From: Gammaproteobacteria bacterium
GTDB lineage: Bacteria > Pseudomonadota > Gammaproteobacteria > Enterobacterales > GCA-002770795
Assembly (NCBI GenBank): GCA_003696665.1
Contig: RFGJ01000511.1
Location: 1 to 14,303 of the forward strand
DNA: 14,303 nt
Direction of reading: 5' to 3'
The notes under the pieces are model-generated. The model saw only the letters and a list, made by a program, of their open reading frames with translations. It was not told where the DNA came from and ran no database searches. The translations under genes were made by a program, and so were the position numbers. Below, piece by piece: positions 14,244 through 14,303 of the stretch (its first letter is position 1; each line of letters begins with the position of its first letter).

Positions 14244-14303
14244 GACCGTCATTGCGTTCACGAAAACGCGAGGAAAGGCAGCACCAATTCACCAACAGAA
14301 ATA

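Noticed and set aside
14254-14269. Short hairpin GCGTT-CACGAA-AACGC just after the nadC stop
   Set aside because: Only a 5-bp stem and no downstream U-tract (followed by GAGGAAAGGCAG), so not convincing as an intrinsic terminator. GAGGAAAGG may instead be the SD of a downstream plus-strand gene beyond the window.
1-14303. Mobile element, genomic island or CRISPR/defence-system signatures
   Set aside because: No transposase, integrase or recombinase ORFs, no terminal inverted repeats, no tRNA, no spacer-repeat arrays, and no obvious compositional shift. All genes have housekeeping or envelope functions in conserved synteny.

Overview
The window is a chromosomal segment from a gammaproteobacterium-like genome, about 50% GC by eye, with the two ends transcribed divergently. 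The minus strand carries, from high to low coordinates: a large acidic 805-aa protein of unknown function; ampD and ampE, the 1,6-anhydro-MurNAc-L-Ala amidase and its membrane partner; the complete pyruvate dehydrogenase operon aceE-aceF-lpd; an EptA/MCR-family phosphoethanolamine transferase; and a YqiK-like flotillin (SPFH/band-7) membrane protein. The plus strand carries nadC (quinolinate phosphoribosyltransferase), transcribed away from the 805-aa gene. Gene order resembles the conserved nadC-ampD-ampE-(pdhR)-aceE-aceF-lpd block of Vibrio and Enterobacterales. Here no pdhR or aroP gene is present, yet a PdhR-type GGT-N3-ACC palindrome remains in the aceE promoter region, and an 805-aa uncharacterised gene sits between nadC and ampD. 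No rRNA, tRNA, CRISPR array, IS element, transposase or integrase ORF was found, and every long plus-strand ORF between 1 and 13200 reads as an antisense artefact of a minus-strand gene. The parts worth a second look are the 805-aa protein (possibly DUF1631-like, an attribution made from memory and unverified), the EptA-flotillin pair sitting directly behind a terminator-like hairpin after lpd, the orphan PdhR-like operator, and a direct-repeat/palindrome element in the nadC divergent promoter region. I see no evidence of a defence island or mobile element.
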